Source of the DNA: Candidatus Methylomirabilis oxygeniifera
GTDB taxonomy: Bacteria > Methylomirabilota > Methylomirabilia > Methylomirabilales > Methylomirabilaceae
Reading direction: 5' to 3'
DNA length: 32,000 nt
Assembly (NCBI GenBank): GCA_000091165.1
Contig: FP565575.1
Span: 1,230,001-1,262,000 of the forward strand
A model generated the notes under the pieces. That model ran no database searches. It saw only the letters and a program-made list of their open reading frames with translations, and was not told where the DNA came from. Numbering within the stretch: the first letter of the stretch is position 1; the number at the start of each line of letters is the position of its first letter. The position numbers were made by a program, and so were the translations under genes. This document shows, piece after piece, positions 10,010 through 19,753 of this stretch.

Positions 10010-10158
10010 TGTTGTCCTCTTACTCAGAGCATTAAATAGCTTGCACTCCCACTTTTTCAAAGGGGGAGGTTGCTTGAGATGTCGTGCAAGAGCGCAATCT
10101 ATTAAGTGCTCTCCTTAATATGTACTGCTCGTCGGCTACATATTCTCGATCTGCGCGG

Positions 10159-10680
10159 CTAGGGCAAGACCGTTACCGGGGGCCCCAGATCACGTCTGAG
10201 GGGCACTGTGGCCTGCGGTGGAACCATGATGTGATTCGTCACGCTGAACCCTCTCCAATGAAACTCCACGAAATGTTGACCCGCAGCTACCGGTACCACG
10301 GCGGGACCGCGCAGCTCTTTGGCCAGCCCGATTCGCCTGCCATCGACGAAGATCTCCGCATCCTCCGGCGTCACATCGATCTGCAAAGCGCCACCAGGTG
10401 GCGGGTATGGCCGGGGCGCATAGGCATATCTGGAACCATGCGCTCTATCCGCCTGCTCGCTTTGAACCGCATCGCCAGTCAGCGCACCGGTGACAGCGCC
10501 GATCGCAGCGCCGATGGCCGCGCCTTTACCGGGCGCACCTGCGATTCCGCCAAGAGCGGCGCCAGCCGCAGCGCCGATCGCAGCGCCCCCCAACGTCCCA
10601 CTCTCTCTGGGTGTCGGGGGCGTGGCACACCCTGCAAGCGCCAATAGGAAGATCACGCCTAGCGCAATATACTGTTTCAT
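10159..10680 (-). CDS. Glycine-zipper lipoprotein with PEGA-like C-terminal region
   Basis: Lipobox LLALAGCATP; GGAAIGAAAGAALGGIAGAPGKGAAIGAAIGAVTG; IDVTPEDAEIFVDGRRIG. Confidence 0.8.
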   Translation of the reverse strand: MKQYIALGVIFLLALAGCATPPTPRESGTLGGAAIGAAAGAALGGIAGAPGKGAAIGAAIGAVTGALTGDAVQSEQADRAHGSRYAYAPRPYPPPGGALQIDVTPEDAEIFVDGRRIGLAKELRGPAVVPVAAGQHFVEFHWRGFSVTNHIMVPPQATVPLRRDLGPPVTVLP

Positions 10681-10930
10681 CGTACCTCACCTCCAGTGAA
10701 ACTATAGCACAGCCCCAATAGCGGTCACAACCGGCACAGCACCATTATAGCTCGGACGCCGCAACCCGGAAGCTCATTTTTCAAGATCCCCCGTTTCCCC
10801 CTTTTCATGGGGGTTAATGGGGATTTCAGGACTGCGATGAGTGACGACTTTGTGAGCAATTGACGGGGTCTTCATGCGGATGCTAGGATGCAATCACCGG
10901 AGAGAATTCATTTTACGCTGAAAGGAGAAG

Positions 10931-11569
10931 ATGATGCAGAAAGCCCTTTCTCTCAGACAAGGGGTCGCGTTGCTGTTGTGTCTATTCTTGGTTACAGGCG
11001 GTACCTTCGGCTGTGCAGCGATCGAAGAGCAGGTAAAGGCACATCCTGAGACGGCTCTTGGCACCGGCATCGGGGTTGCGGCCGGCATGTTGACCGGAGG
11101 GTTGATCTTCGGTAATGCCGCCGGGACGCTCGTAGGCGGACTTCTGGGTGGCCTTACAGGCGGCGTTATCGGCAACGTTGTCGAGGCGCGATCGTGGGAT
11201 CGTTCGGCAACCTCCCAGCGCTACCATTATAGCCCGACACAAGGGACCATGCTCCGAATTGAGGCCGTCGAAGCTCATCCGGCCCAGATCCGCCCAGGCG
11301 ATACGATCAACCTTAACATGAGGTTTGCCGTGCTTGCTCCGAACATTCAGCACTCCGTTCAAGTCTCAGAGCGTCGACAGATCTTGTTCAATAGTTCACC
11401 AGTTGGCAACTCAACCCTGCAAATCCAACGGATGGGTGGAACCTGGACCAGCAGTCAGCCGCTTACCCTCCCTGCAAACGCAGCAACCGGCAGTTATCGG
11501 GTGATCATGAGTGTGAAGGCGGATGGCACAGAAGCCACCCAACAGACCACCTTCACTGTTGTCAGGTAA
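10931..11569 (+). CDS. Glycine-zipper lipoprotein
   Basis: Signal/lipobox FLVTGGTFGCAAIEEQ; GIGVAAGMLTGGLIFGNAAGTLVGGLLGGLTGGVIGNVV. Confidence 0.8.
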   Translation: MMQKALSLRQGVALLLCLFLVTGGTFGCAAIEEQVKAHPETALGTGIGVAAGMLTGGLIFGNAAGTLVGGLLGGLTGGVIGNVVEARSWDRSATSQRYHYSPTQGTMLRIEAVEAHPAQIRPGDTINLNMRFAVLAPNIQHSVQVSERRQILFNSSPVGNSTLQIQRMGGTWTSSQPLTLPANAATGSYRVIMSVKADGTEATQQTTFTVVR

Positions 11570-11734
11570 ACGACTATTCACCCTATCGGCGAGACTCGAT
11601 CCGGTCAACTCCTGCACAGCACACGCACCTCGTCCGCTCTGACGCTGCTTACCCTCTTTAGCTTTTTCCTGGTAGCATTCCTGTCGGTCTCCAGCGGCGT
11701 CATCGCCTCAAGTGACGGTGTAACCGTTTTTAAC

Positions 11735-13144
11735 GTGACTGAGGCTCTGGTTGAGCGTGGTGAGATCGCAGTGAAAGGCGACAACGTTTCAGAGGGGGTT
11801 GCCGGAAGGCTGTATTCCCGCTATGGGATCGGTCTGTCTCTTGCGGCCATTCCCTTCTATCTGTTGGGCAAGGCGATGACCGTCTTTTCGCCCGCGCACC
11901 TGGATCCGCTCGTACTAAAGGGGGTCGTATCACTCACGAATGCGGCCATCGGTGCGTTGACCTGCATGCTCCTATTCCTTACGGCCTTACGATTCGGTTA
12001 TTCTCATGGCATGGCCTTCCTACTGACTGTTGCCTTCGCATTCAGCACCTTCTTTATCGTATATGCGACGAAGTCGTTTCTTACTCAGCCGCTTGAGACG
12101 CTATGCCTTCTGGGATCGATCTATCACCTTGTCGGAAGCCGCGACGATGACACTTGCCGCCGTCCATTTTATGCCGGCCTATTTGCGGGGGTTGGGATTC
12201 TGACCAAGTGGTTCTTTGCGATCAACTTACCGATTCTAACAGCCTACCTCCTGATCGCCTCAGTCCGTGGCCGTCGGGTGCGGAATCTCGTCTTGTTCTC
12301 GATTCCTGTCGGCATGGCATTCGCTTTGGGTTTTGCCTATAACTACGCGCGGTTTGGCTCGATCCGGCAGACCGGATATGCCGGAATTCTATTCTTTTCT
12401 ACCCCCCTGCTTGTCGGCCTCTACGGTCTTCTCCTGAGTTCCGGTAAGAGTCTCTTTCTCTATGCGCCGGTGGCGTTACTGGGTGTTGCATCGCTGAGGC
12501 CCTTTGCCAGGGATCGCCGGCACGAGATGTGGTTGCTTATCGGACTCCTCCTGATCAACGTGCTGGCGGTCTCCAAGTTCTACGATTGGAGCGGTGAAGG
12601 CGCATGGGGTCCACGATACCTCACTTTAGTCGTACCGTGCCTTATCCTGCCGATCGGATCGCTGATCGAGGACAGATCAAAGACAACCACGCGTAGTGTC
12701 ATCGGGCTCATGCTCGTGGGCGTGCTTGTACAATTTGGAGGGCTGTCGGTCTACTACGGCACCTACTACCGCACGATTGGCGAGTTCCCGTATCAGCTTG
12801 AGCGAGAGGATCCGTTGTTTCTCTACAAGGTCCGGTATGTCCCCAACTACTCACCTGTGTGGGGGCAGCTCGACATGGCGGGGCGCAACTGGAAGGCGTT
12901 TGTTCGTGGCGAGAAGCCGGTATTCGAGATTACGGAAAAGGACGAGCGGACTCCCCTGTCAGAAACCGATCGTCACAAGCTGAGCGGAACACTGGATCTC
13001 TGGTTTGCGTATGCCTATTACGCCGGTGCGCCGCTCGGTCTCTGCCTTACCGGAATGGTCGGCCTAATGGGGAGTGCGGCCGCTCTCGGCTGGGTTGCAG
13101 TTCGGTCGTGCCAAGGGTGTTCTCAACCGCGTCCTCGAACATGA
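11735..13144 (+). CDS. Polytopic membrane protein, glycosyltransferase 39/ArnT-like; true 5' end probably upstream of the track GTG
   Basis: Many hydrophobic segments; RLYSRYGIGLSLAAIPFYLLGKA, FSTFFIVYATKSFLTQPLETLCLL, GAWGPRYLTLVVPCLILPIGS; in-frame hydrophobic coding continues upstream to about 11570. Confidence 0.75.
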   Translation: MTEALVERGEIAVKGDNVSEGVAGRLYSRYGIGLSLAAIPFYLLGKAMTVFSPAHLDPLVLKGVVSLTNAAIGALTCMLLFLTALRFGYSHGMAFLLTVAFAFSTFFIVYATKSFLTQPLETLCLLGSIYHLVGSRDDDTCRRPFYAGLFAGVGILTKWFFAINLPILTAYLLIASVRGRRVRNLVLFSIPVGMAFALGFAYNYARFGSIRQTGYAGILFFSTPLLVGLYGLLLSSGKSLFLYAPVALLGVASLRPFARDRRHEMWLLIGLLLINVLAVSKFYDWSGEGAWGPRYLTLVVPCLILPIGSLIEDRSKTTTRSVIGLMLVGVLVQFGGLSVYYGTYYRTIGEFPYQLEREDPLFLYKVRYVPNYSPVWGQLDMAGRNWKAFVRGEKPVFEITEKDERTPLSETDRHKLSGTLDLWFAYAYYAGAPLGLCLTGMVGLMGSAAALGWVAVRSCQGCSQPRPRT

Positions 13145-13337
13145 AGAGAGTCTAAGAATTGGGTCCTTCCGGTTTTTGCGCAGACGGCCCATACCTCTCG
13201 CAGGGGCAAACGTGAAACTGTCAGTACGTCGATATCTATTTTTGGAAGATCCTCCGTTCTTGTCTCAGTCCTATGCCTATGATATGGTCTGACCGATATT
13301 TATCAAGCTTCGACCAAGGTAGAGAGGCGCGCTGAGA

Positions 13338-14507
13338 ATGCCATTCAAAGACGAGGTCGTTACCGCCGTCGATCGACTGTCGAGCACGCTGATCGCCACC
13401 AGCCGCTTCCTGCACCGTCATCCGGAGCTGGCCTACGAAGAGCGGGAGTCGGTACAACATCTGGCATCGCTCCTCAAGGCGCACGGCTTCGAGGTCATTG
13501 AGGGGGTTGGCGGTTTACCGACCGCCTTTATGGCCATGGCCGGCGTCGATCAACCATCCGCGACTATCGCCTTTCTTGCCGAATACGATGCGCTGCCTTC
13601 GCTCGGGCATGCATGTGGCCACAACCTAATCGCCTCCAGTTCTATCGGCGCCGCCCTGGCCTTACAGCCATTTCTATCTACCCTCGGGGGACAGATTCTG
13701 GTGGTCGGTTGTCCCGCCGAAGAGAAAGGCGGCGGCAAGATTGCCCTGGTGAAGGCGGGCCTGTTTGCCAATGTCGATGCTGCACTCTTGGTCCACCCCA
13801 GCAATCGAACCGAGATCTTCAAGAGTGCCTTAGCGATGCGGGCGCTCCGCGTGGAGTTCTTCGGAAAGGCAAGCCACGCCGCGGCGGCTCCCCATCTCGG
13901 TATCAATGCGCTCGATGCCGTAGTACTCGCGTTCACAAATCTCAATGCGCTTCGCCAACAACTCCGGGATGACGCTCGGATCCACGGGATCATCACCGAC
14001 GGTGGTCGCGCACCTAACATCATTCCTGACTATGCCGCCGCCAGGTTTTGCATTCGAGCGCTGAACCTTGAGTATCTGCACGACCTGCACCGTCGCGTCG
14101 TTGCCTGCTTCGAGGCTGCGGCCATGGCCACAGGCACCACGGTTGCGATCCATGAGGAAGGTGAGGAGTATCACCCAATGAAGTGCAACCGAGCGCTTGG
14201 CGCCCTCTTTTACGCCAATCTGGAGACATTAGGTGAGCGGGTGGAGCAGACGCCGGAGGACGGCGAAACTGGTTCCACCGATGTCGGCAATGTCAGTCAA
14301 GTCGTTCCCACAATCCATCCGACCATCGCACTCACCGATCACGTCGACGTGGTCTGCCACTCCGCGGCCTTCGCTCAAGCCGCCGGTGGACCCGACGGAG
14401 ATCGAGCCATGATTACCGCTGCCAAAGCGCTGGCCATGACTGCGGTAGACCTGTTCATCAACCCTGCTGCGCTACAGCAGGTCCAAGAAGAGTTTCGAGA
14501 GGCCTGA
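13338..14507 (+). CDS. M20 family metallopeptidase/amidohydrolase
   Basis: LHRHPELAYEERESVQHLASLL, FLAEYDALPSLGHACGHNLIASSSIGAALAL, GCPAEEKGGGKIALVKAG, TGSTDVGNVSQVVPTIHPTIAL. Confidence 0.92.
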   Translation: MPFKDEVVTAVDRLSSTLIATSRFLHRHPELAYEERESVQHLASLLKAHGFEVIEGVGGLPTAFMAMAGVDQPSATIAFLAEYDALPSLGHACGHNLIASSSIGAALALQPFLSTLGGQILVVGCPAEEKGGGKIALVKAGLFANVDAALLVHPSNRTEIFKSALAMRALRVEFFGKASHAAAAPHLGINALDAVVLAFTNLNALRQQLRDDARIHGIITDGGRAPNIIPDYAAARFCIRALNLEYLHDLHRRVVACFEAAAMATGTTVAIHEEGEEYHPMKCNRALGALFYANLETLGERVEQTPEDGETGSTDVGNVSQVVPTIHPTIALTDHVDVVCHSAAFAQAAGGPDGDRAMITAAKALAMTAVDLFINPAALQQVQEEFREA

Positions 14508-14550
14508 CCGTGCCTCGCCCTCACCTTTGCTCTACCGCGCATGGCTCCCG

Positions 14551-15240
14551 ATGAAACTCTCTGTGATTATCCCGGTCTATAACGAGCGGGATACGGTAGA
14601 ATTGATCCTCAAGCGGGTCGAAGAGGCCCCCTACGAGAAGGAGATCATTCTTGTCGATGACGCCTCAACCGATGGGACGCGTGAGATTCTCACCCGGGTG
14701 GCAAGGGACCACCGAAATCAGGTACGTCTCATCCTTCACCAGGAAAACTGTGGTAAGGGAGCGGCGATTCGGACCGCGATCGAACACGTAACCGGCGACA
14801 TCGTCATTATTCAGGATGCTGACCTGGAGTACGACCCGCAAGACTATCCGCGGCTGCTTCAACCGATCCTAGACAGCTACGCCGATGTCGTTTTCGGCAA
14901 CCGATTCCATGGAGGCCCTCATCGTGTCCTCTACTTCTGGCACTACCAGGGCAATCGGTTTCTCACCACCCTTTGCAACATGATGACGAATCTCAATCTG
15001 AGTGATATGGAGGTCGGATATAAGGTCTTTAGGGCCGAAGTACTCCAGCGGCTGCGGCTCAGATCGAACCGGTTCGGCATCGAGCCTGAGCTGACCGTGA
15101 AAACGGCTAAGCTTGGGTGCCGCATCTACGAGGTCCCGATCGCCTATCACGGCCGGACCTACGCCGAAGGCAAGAAGATTACCTGGAAGGACGGCCTCGC
15201 TGCCCTATATTTCATCCTCCGTTTTAGGCTATTCGATTGA
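14551..15240 (+). CDS. Glycosyltransferase family 2 (dolichol-phosphate mannosyltransferase-like)
   Basis: MKLSVIIPVYNERDTVELILKRV, DDASTDGT, IIQDADLEYDPQDYPRLLQPI, VFGNRFHGGPHRV. Confidence 0.93.
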   Translation: MKLSVIIPVYNERDTVELILKRVEEAPYEKEIILVDDASTDGTREILTRVARDHRNQVRLILHQENCGKGAAIRTAIEHVTGDIVIIQDADLEYDPQDYPRLLQPILDSYADVVFGNRFHGGPHRVLYFWHYQGNRFLTTLCNMMTNLNLSDMEVGYKVFRAEVLQRLRLRSNRFGIEPELTVKTAKLGCRIYEVPIAYHGRTYAEGKKITWKDGLAALYFILRFRLFD

Positions 15241-15321
15241 ACTGATGGCGGCCGACTTTCCTCACGTTGTCCCATGTTCACTATTGAATGATCAGGGTAA
15301 TCAAGCCGTAAAATGGTAGCC

Positions 15322-16506
15322 ATGAAAGTCATTGGTCTCATGTCGGGGACGTCGGCGGACGGGATCGATGCCGTACTTGTGGAGATCGCCCAGAGTACAG
15401 GACAGGCACTGTCGAAGCTTCGGCTCCTGCACTTCGCGGTGTTCCCTTTTGCCGATACGCTTCGGGAGCAGATTCTCTGCGTAGCAGACGCGTCGTCAGG
15501 CACTACCCCTGAAATCTGTCGTTTGAATGTCCTGCTTGGCGAGCTTTTCGCGAAAGCGGCAATCTCGACAGCCCGGCGCGCCGGCCTCCCCTTGCGTGAT
15601 GTGGCCTTGATCGGTTCCCACGGACAGACCATCGCCCACATTCCGAACCCAAGAGTTGAGTACGGCGTGTCGGTTCGCTCCACACTACAGATCGGTGAGC
15701 CGTCGATCATCGCCGAGCGAACGGGGGTGACGACCGTGGCCGACTTCCGCCCGCGAGATATGGCCGCAGGCGGCGAAGGGGCACCGCTCACGCCCTATCT
15801 GCATGCCCTTCTGCTTCGACATCTCCGACGGGACCGGATCGTCCTGAATCTTGGCGGAATCGCCAACCTCACCTTTCTGCCAAAAGGACGTGGACTGCGC
15901 GGCGTGTTGGCGTTTGATACGGGACCCGGCAATGTCCTGATCGATGGGCTCGTGGCACGACTGACCGGAGGGACAATGGGCGTTGACCTGGATGGCAGGA
16001 TCGCCGCCTCTGGACGGGTGGATTCTCGTCTGCTGCGATGGCTCATGACTCACCCCTACTTTCGTCGCAAGCCACCCAAAAGCACGGGGCGGGAAGAGTT
16101 TGGCCCTACCATGATCGATACCCTGCTCCGCCGTGCCGCCGCCCGCGGCATCACAGGGGAGGATCTCGTGGCAACTGTGACAGCCTTCACGGCGAAGACG
16201 GTGGCGCTTCACGTCCAACGCGACCTCTCACGCAGTGCCGCTTCGGCTGAACTGATCATCTGTGGCGGCGGAGCTAAGAACCCGACGCTTATCAAACGGC
16301 TTCAGGAGGCGCTGCCTGAAGGCCGACTCCTCTCCGCCGATGAGGCGGGCTTTCCAGGGCGGGCCATCGAGGCTTCAGCCTTCGCACTACTCGCCTATCT
16401 CACCGCTCACGGCCTACCAGGGAATCTGCCCCACATCACCGGGGCGACGCATCCCGCAATTCTTGGTAAGATTGTCCCGGGGCGGACATTTCGAGGGCTA
16501 CGATGA
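15322..16506 (+). CDS. anmK: Anhydro-N-acetylmuramic acid kinase
   Basis: MKVIGLMSGTSADGIDAVLVEI, LIGSHGQTIAHIP, NLGGIANLTFLP, FDTGPGNVLIDG, ICGGGAKNPTLIKRLQEALP; start at 15322 rather than 15313. Confidence 0.95.
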   Translation: MKVIGLMSGTSADGIDAVLVEIAQSTGQALSKLRLLHFAVFPFADTLREQILCVADASSGTTPEICRLNVLLGELFAKAAISTARRAGLPLRDVALIGSHGQTIAHIPNPRVEYGVSVRSTLQIGEPSIIAERTGVTTVADFRPRDMAAGGEGAPLTPYLHALLLRHLRRDRIVLNLGGIANLTFLPKGRGLRGVLAFDTGPGNVLIDGLVARLTGGTMGVDLDGRIAASGRVDSRLLRWLMTHPYFRRKPPKSTGREEFGPTMIDTLLRRAAARGITGEDLVATVTAFTAKTVALHVQRDLSRSAASAELIICGGGAKNPTLIKRLQEALPEGRLLSADEAGFPGRAIEASAFALLAYLTAHGLPGNLPHITGATHPAILGKIVPGRTFRGLR

Positions 16507-17240
16507 CAAATCCAGCGTACTACGAAGCCGTGGTTCGATTGCTTGGCGAGATTCAGCACAGCCAGGCGGAGGCGATCGATAAAGCTGCCGACCTGATCTT
16601 CTCTTCTCTCGCAGCCGACGGCGTCCTGCACATCTTTGGAAGTGGTCACTCCCATTCGGTCGCCGAAGAGGCGTTCCATCGCGCCGGTGGGCTGGTTCCC
16701 GTCAACACCATGACCGAGCCGTTCCTGAGCCCGCTCACATCCCCAAAAAAGAGCGGACGATTTGAGCGGCTCAGCGGCCTTGCCACGATTCTTCTCGACT
16801 ACCACGAGCCTCGGCCCGACGAGGTCCTCATCATCATCTCCAACGCCGGGATCAACTCGGTCCCGGTTGAGCTCGCGCTTGAAGCGAAGAAAAGAGATCT
16901 CACAGTGATCGCCATCACGTCGCTGCGCCACGCCCAAGCCGTCACATCTCGTCATATCAGCGGTAAGCGGCTCTTCGAGGTGGCAGACCTCGTCATCGAT
17001 AACGGCGGCGAGGCCGGCGATGGCGCCCTGACCTTTCCCGGCCTTACGGCCAAGGTGGGACCGACCTCACTTATCGCTGGAGCCTTCATTATCGACTCCA
17101 TCGTCTGTGGCGTCGTGGCGCGATTCCTCGCAAAGGGGCTCACACCGCCAGTCTATCTCAGTGCTAATCTACCGGGCGGCGATGAGCACAATCGCCAACT
17201 CGAGGCAAAGTATAAAGGACGAATCAAATTATTGAGTTGA
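16503..17240 (+). CDS. SIS-domain sugar-phosphate binding protein, UPF0309-like
   Basis: LHIFGSGHSHSVAEEAFHRAGGLVPVNTM, VLIIISNAGINSVPVELALEAKKRDLTVIAITS; 4-bp overlap with anmK. Confidence 0.85.
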   Translation: MTNPAYYEAVVRLLGEIQHSQAEAIDKAADLIFSSLAADGVLHIFGSGHSHSVAEEAFHRAGGLVPVNTMTEPFLSPLTSPKKSGRFERLSGLATILLDYHEPRPDEVLIIISNAGINSVPVELALEAKKRDLTVIAITSLRHAQAVTSRHISGKRLFEVADLVIDNGGEAGDGALTFPGLTAKVGPTSLIAGAFIIDSIVCGVVARFLAKGLTPPVYLSANLPGGDEHNRQLEAKYKGRIKLLS

Positions 17241-17322
17241 GCACACACCCGACTTACTCACCCGGCGGTTGGGTCATTTTACTACACCCTACCCCCTATA
17301 CCCTAAACCCTATCTTTGTGCC

Positions 17323-18924
17323 ATGGCTACCTATGACCTAGTCATTCGCAATGCCGACCTCATCGACGGGACCGGGACCCCTGCGCGTCGAGCTGATCTC
17401 GCCGTAGTCGGCGACCGGATCGCGGAAATCGGACGGATCGCCCCATCCATGGGGTATCGGGTGATCGAGGCAACCGGCCTGACGCTGTCCCCCGGCTTCG
17501 TGGATATCCACTCGCACTCCGATTACCATCTCCTGCTTCAGCCGACAGCCGACAGCGCCGTTCGACAGGGGGTGACTCTCGAAATCGGAGGCAATTGCGG
17601 CTATGCGGCAGCCCCGATATGGGGACCATGGCTGGAAGAACGGACGGCTACCTACCGTGACCTCTATGGCCTCGATCATGCTTGGCACGGGGTAGCCGAC
17701 TACTTCACGCGGCTGGAGGCCACGGGGATCTCTGAGAACTTCGGCCTCCTGATAGGCCATAACACGCTACGGGGCTCAGCCATGGGAGGCGCCAACCGCC
17801 CGCCTTCACCCCAGGAGTTGAACGCAATGCGTGATGGAGCGCGACAAGGGATGGCCGATGGCGCGCTTGGCTTGTCCACCGGCCTGGTGTATGCGCCGGC
17901 CTGTTTCTCCAGACCAGGGGAACTGGCAACGATTGCCGCCGCCGTGCGGGAGTTCGGCGGCATCCTGACCTGTCACATGCGGAGCGAGGGCGATGGATTG
18001 ATCGAGGCGATTGAGGAGATCATCGGAGTGGCGGAGATGGCGAAGATCCCGCTTCAGATCTCTCACCTGAAGACCTCCGGCGAGCGCAACTGGCCGAAGC
18101 TGGCTGTGGGATTTCGACTCATCGAAGATGCACAGGCAAGGGGTCTTGACATCTCCTGCGACCGATACCCTTACACTGCCTCCAATACCGGGCTTCAGGC
18201 CGTGTTGCCGGACTGGGCCTTAGAAGGCGGACAACAGGATCGGATCGAACGATTAAACAACGCGGCAGCACGCGCTCGGATCGTACAGGAGCTAACCGCC
18301 CACTATCCACGTGATTACTGGTCGCGACTGATGATCTCCGAAGTGACTCAGCGGGAGCATCGGCAGTACGAAGGATTGCGCATCAGCGAAGCGGCACGCA
18401 GAGCCGAAAAGGAACCGATCGACTTCGTCATTGAGCTGCTTTTGACAGAGCGGATGCAAGTCGATGCGATCTTCTTCACCATGTGCGAAAACAACCTGAA
18501 CGCGATTCTCCTAAAGCCGTATACGATGATCGGGTCGGACTCCGGCTGTCGCAGCCATGAGGGTCCGCTCAGTCAGGGTCGTCCTCATCCGAGAACCTTC
18601 GGAACCTTCCCGCGGGTACTGAGCCACTTTGTACGGGAACGACAGGTGCTCGACCTGCCAACCGCCGTCAGAAAGATGACCTGGGATCCGTGCCGCAAGC
18701 TTGGCCTGCTGGACCGGGGGCGTTTACAGCCTGGCCGTATGGCCGACTTGGTCCTCTTCGACGCAACGATCGTATCCGACCGGGCGACCTACGAGGCGCC
18801 GATCCAGTACCCCATCGGCATCCATCATGTCTTTGTCAACGGAGTTCCGGTGATTGAGGCCGGCGAGCACACCGGCGCCAGACCCGGCCACATCGTACGA
18901 AAATCCCCCCCAACCCCCCTTTAG
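17323..18924 (+). CDS. D-aminoacylase / N-acyl-D-amino-acid deacylase
   Basis: MATYDLVIRNADLIDGTGTPARRADLAVVGDRI, GFVDIHSHSDYHLLLQP, GNCGYAAAP, GALGLSTGLVYAPACF, MIGSDSGCRSHEG, HPRTFGTFPRVL. Confidence 0.93.
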   Translation: MATYDLVIRNADLIDGTGTPARRADLAVVGDRIAEIGRIAPSMGYRVIEATGLTLSPGFVDIHSHSDYHLLLQPTADSAVRQGVTLEIGGNCGYAAAPIWGPWLEERTATYRDLYGLDHAWHGVADYFTRLEATGISENFGLLIGHNTLRGSAMGGANRPPSPQELNAMRDGARQGMADGALGLSTGLVYAPACFSRPGELATIAAAVREFGGILTCHMRSEGDGLIEAIEEIIGVAEMAKIPLQISHLKTSGERNWPKLAVGFRLIEDAQARGLDISCDRYPYTASNTGLQAVLPDWALEGGQQDRIERLNNAAARARIVQELTAHYPRDYWSRLMISEVTQREHRQYEGLRISEAARRAEKEPIDFVIELLLTERMQVDAIFFTMCENNLNAILLKPYTMIGSDSGCRSHEGPLSQGRPHPRTFGTFPRVLSHFVRERQVLDLPTAVRKMTWDPCRKLGLLDRGRLQPGRMADLVLFDATIVSDRATYEAPIQYPIGIHHVFVNGVPVIEAGEHTGARPGHIVRKSPPTPL

Positions 18925-19002
18925 CGAAGGGGGGGACACAGGGGTGTTCTGCGAAGCTGACAGCTAGGCGCTGATTGCTGAGCGCTGGTTTCTGAGGAAC
19001 AG

Positions 19003-19722
19003 ATGCGACCAAGGATCGGGATTACGAGTTGGCATTATCAGGACGACGATGAGCGCTGGGAGGCGATCCTGGAAAGCTACCCACGCGCTGTCCTGGCGGC
19101 CGGCGGCTTGCCGCTGATCCTGCCGATCCCCCACGTGGAGCCTGATCTGGTTGAAGGGTACCTGGAGGCAATAGACGGACTGATCCTGACGGGAGGGGCC
19201 GACATCCACCCCTCCTTCTACAGCCAAACCGTCCTCGAACATTGCGGTGAGATCGACGAAGAGCGCGATCGCTTTGAAGTGGAGCTGGTTCGCGCGGCCC
19301 GCAGTCGCGACCTGCCGCTGTTAGGGATCTGCCGCGGGCTTCAGGTCGTCAACGTGGCTCTGGGCGGCAGTCTCTATCAGGACCTCTCGTACCGGCAAGA
19401 AACCGATCCAGCCCATCAGAGTCCTCGCGAGCGACGCGGCGAACCGGTCCACCAGGTCGCCATTGCGGAAAGCTCACGCCTCGCCGGCATTCTCGGCATT
19501 CGAGAGTTGCGCGTGACCAGCACCCATCATCAAATCATCCGTGATCTGGCGCCGGGCCTCACGGTTAACGCCGTGGCGCCGGACGGAGTCGTCGAAGGGG
19601 TTGAGGGTGCCGGACGATTTCTCCTCGCCGTCCATTGGCACCCCGAACGGATGTTTACCAGCCACTACGAACAACTCGCGCTTTTTCGCGCGCTCGTCGA
19701 GGCAGCCGTCCAATCCCCCTAA
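19003..19722 (+). CDS. Gamma-glutamyl-gamma-aminobutyrate hydrolase family (peptidase C26)
   Basis: MRPRIGITSWH, GGADIHPSFY, PLLGICRGLQVVNVALGGSLYQDL, AVHWHPERM. Confidence 0.92.
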   Translation: MRPRIGITSWHYQDDDERWEAILESYPRAVLAAGGLPLILPIPHVEPDLVEGYLEAIDGLILTGGADIHPSFYSQTVLEHCGEIDEERDRFEVELVRAARSRDLPLLGICRGLQVVNVALGGSLYQDLSYRQETDPAHQSPRERRGEPVHQVAIAESSRLAGILGIRELRVTSTHHQIIRDLAPGLTVNAVAPDGVVEGVEGAGRFLLAVHWHPERMFTSHYEQLALFRALVEAAVQSP

Positions 19723-19753
19723 CTCCTACACCCTATCCCCTATACCCTGTCCG

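Noticed and set aside
9143-10039. 298-aa plus-strand ORF rich in Thr/Arg/Ile/Pro
   Set aside because: Alternative-frame reading of the Tyr/Gly-rich gene region extending antisense to the TIGR04073-like gene
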